Origin: Nemertoderma westbladi
Lineage: Eukaryota > Animalia > Xenacoelomorpha
NCBI GenBank assembly: GCA_032718475.1
Contig: JAUCBJ010008172.1
Location: 9,601-73,600 of the forward strand
Length of the DNA stretch: 64,000 bases
Direction: 5' to 3'
The notes under the pieces are model-generated. The model searched no databases and had not been told where the DNA came from. It saw only the letters and a program-made list of their open reading frames with translations. The translations under genes and the position numbers were made by a program. Shown one piece after another: positions 62,601 to 64,000 of the stretch. Each line of letters starts with the position of its first letter. Positions within the stretch are counted from its first letter, which is position 1.

Positions 62601-64000
62601 TACTACGTTAACAAAACCTCAAAAGACGTAAGTAAATACAAGGCTCGAACCAACGATAGGAGAGAACAGGTTGCCAAGACTCCTCCTCAGTCTCCTAACA
62701 GAATGCACGGAAGAAAGCCCGAAGAAAGAACGAGAGTGCATCACGTTACCCAAGGTAAAGTGAGTAACATCAAACCAAACTGTGCGCTGTGCGACGGGCC
62801 CCACCGTTTGAGTGCGTGTGCTGAATTCCTAAAGAAATCCCTTGTAAACAGACGTGAAGTCATGTGGGATAAGCGGTTATGCTATAATTGCCTCAGACCA
62901 GGACACCAACGGCGAACCTGTTACTCCGACGTAAAGTGTGCAAAGTGCGGTGCGAAACATCACATCTTGTTACACAGTGAATTCGAACGAGACAACCCGA
63001 GTCAGGTAAGTGAGCCCGAACTACATGTCCAATTCAGTGATGTAAATGACACTGATCAAGAGTCTGAGATGGAAGGATTCTATACTGACGAATTCTCCGA
63101 CGCCAACGAATCCTGTTACCTAATAAATACCGCAGTGTATCGAGCACTTACTTACGAAAAGGACACCGACAATGAGTTCCCCCCAACTACCTTTGACAGA
63201 CAACCATCTTGGAAAGTTCCAACTTCCAACGTAGGAATCAGAGAATTTCCTGTAGTGCAGGTAAGAGTTCACGGTCCTAACAAAAGTTACATAGTGAACG
63301 CCCTCCTTGACTCCGGCAGCACAGGAACATTCATCGATCAAGAACTAGCCGAAGATATCTTTGCTGGACAACCCAAATTCCAAACTAAGTTGAATATGTC
63401 CGGAATTATGCAGGTTTGGAAATCTACCATAACGGCAAATTACTATGTAGGTGCGTTGTCCACCCCCCAGGATAAATTAGGAGCACAAAGTATAAGGTCA
63501 GTAAAAATGGTGGCTATAAAGAACTTCGCTACTACCCAAGTAGAACCTTATAACTGGGACGAGGACGAGAGCATCCAACAGCTTAAGATACCTCGATTCC
63601 CGACAGATTATCCTGGAGTGCAAATACTCATCGGCCAAAACGCGCATGAGGCGCTCGAGACATTGGAGAAACGGCCTGCTCAACCGCAGCCACTACAAAC
63701 CTATGCGGTAAGAACTAGAGTAGGTTGGTACTTTACTGGCCCTTCCCGCAGAACTCTGAAAGAGAGATTACCACAAGAAAGAATATACCAGGTAAATGAT
63801 TGGGAAGTGGAGAGCAGTGAGGTGGACGAACTAACTGAGGGAACACCATACTCCTCAGATAATGACGACATCTACCCACTCTTCGATGAAGAGAACACAA
63901 TCGACCTACTTACAGAAAACAAAACTTGGAAAAACCAGGTGAACCTATGTCAACTGATTCGCCCATCGGGACCCATTGATTACAATGACGAACTAAATGA
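59679..64000 (+). CDS. gag-pol: gag-pol polyprotein of E4, 3'-partial (apparently open to the window end)
   Basis: ATG at 59679 (MSDTKQNLSDSL); no stop seen in the segments I translated and no terminated + ORF in the track; knuckles and LLDSGS present; new sequence after SSDNDDI. Confidence 0.85.
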   Translation, partial: MSDTKQNLSDSLIDTTICDTDRRVERLRKGFSSPPTERKVIPPVVVSDPRPIQHRRSIIGTRAQVKRNQEAAVQQQQHPSQETRSQRPDSSSSSDTVELTPERGVKMADTAYSDPLLTLPAAVLTTILIAVEEHQVDWARSKRATQDSYAGYAREELMSIVESQWNFPGPGSPLDLSEATWEDIHRMGVTKDTMDPAVWKRSAAGYVQGFFGSLERLEEQLFRQPKGPREQEELLYQVRERTLRIRLILSAFEETSKRRQDTSLQVAVKTWFQRVGLKVQETAQWKSQLAERPTYEESTDATLSQVESEVTAERPRTRDAIDIYLSDYQRFLGDEELRRRLAGLRPNSEGAKLVLDSIDAEMLAANQAKFDEKLRLARVQEEQVKKRWIEDQKAAAMAEAEAERKAAKAVAEAERRASEETTQLELENLQETQDNINKQLTASQMQMMSRSTPKRQGYTSSEEGETTDPEGGGNRSRLSRRRKTSHRHKLPDLPPAVRRQLASTDLGSTEPTDQIIKVKRLPTIVDEPEIIRPVVPRATPVLETPVLPELNSKFPLHSTTLPVPGRTVHEKIPVLDAEREIKDLSPIVPRRPATMLATPASAVEWVEEGRRGMNLLLGQMQETVHQLKGTVRESRVEFQEVQQSIALERDKLVNIQKGIPIPPVTLCQPVRSEVLHAQGVEPTRIYTASEVETPIANPFKGDYKPVVNDIPYRPDNNPRNLYTDDSILNNTMAQESFTRQMARTEARQAVKVGEIVKFNGDEMKWLPFNEYYKDSIQNSVLSNGEKLRFLIKCLEGPPKLMALKFIGHPDGLRQVWDTLNIRYGNKDNIAKYLYAKLVAPRNFLSSGIIEFSDEIQEICRQLDWLGKSHEYQSSMVIGAVVSTLPKGGVCTRWDKKVLYMNEQQRRGPTMADLMSFLYGEVKLQLIKQSREKTSENKVSEKPVSRRRVTPVCYTDDGESQASQEEDSGKDTDRFYYVNKTSKDVSKYKARTNDRREQVAKTPPQSPNRMHGRKPEERTRVHHVTQGKVSNIKPNCALCDGPHRLSACAEFLKKSLVNRREVMWDKRLCYNCLRPGHQRRTCYSDVKCAKCGAKHHILLHSEFERDNPSQVSEPELHVQFSDVNDTDQESEMEGFYTDEFSDANESCYLINTAVYRALTYEKDTDNEFPPTTFDRQPSWKVPTSNVGIREFPVVQVRVHGPNKSYIVNALLDSGSTGTFIDQELAEDIFAGQPKFQTKLNMSGIMQVWKSTITANYYVGALSTPQDKLGAQSIRSVKMVAIKNFATTQVEPYNWDEDESIQQLKIPRFPTDYPGVQILIGQNAHEALETLEKRPAQPQPLQTYAVRTRVGWYFTGPSRRTLKERLPQERIYQVNDWEVESSEVDELTEGTPYSSDNDDIYPLFDEENTIDLLTENKTWKNQVNLCQLIRPSGPIDYNDELN

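Larger units (their letters stand above)
56178..64000 (+). mobile_element. Bel/Pao element E4, same family, probably autonomous, runs off the window
   Basis: 5' LTR 56178-57355, homologous leader, long ORF that continues past the E2/E3 deletion point. Confidence 0.9.

Overview
This is animal-type (invertebrate-like) eukaryotic DNA made almost entirely of nested mobile elements; I recognise no ordinary host gene. It contains: (1) a Bel/Pao LTR retrotransposon (E1, 1-11282, +) with a disrupted gag-pol but an intact extra ORF encoding a DEDDy 3'-5' exonuclease plus three CCHC knuckles; (2) three copies of a second Bel/Pao family with ~1.2-kb LTRs. E2 (12325-24888, -) and E3 (44269-56002, -) are complete with 5-bp TSDs but share one deletion of RT/RNase H/integrase. 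E4 (56178 to the window end, +) continues past that deletion point and looks autonomous; (3) a decayed Polinton/adintovirus-like block (28168-33555: pPolB, TBP-like protein, core protein, packaging ATPase, integrase-chromodomain, penton) flanked by inverted copies of a PC4-like gene; (4) tandem Helentron/HINE-like elements, an RTE-like LINE fragment, a Penelope GIY-YIG fragment and an older Bel/Pao relic. Main discovery: E2-E4 have no tRNA primer-binding site. The 11-12 nt right after the 5' LTR are instead complementary to a site ~420-440 nt inside their own LTR, and the two sites change together across the three copies. A second covarying U5-leader helix and a palindrome follow. This points to Tf1-style self-priming in a Bel/Pao lineage, run as a helper plus non-autonomous gag-protease system. 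All domain calls are by-eye motif recognition; no searches were run.
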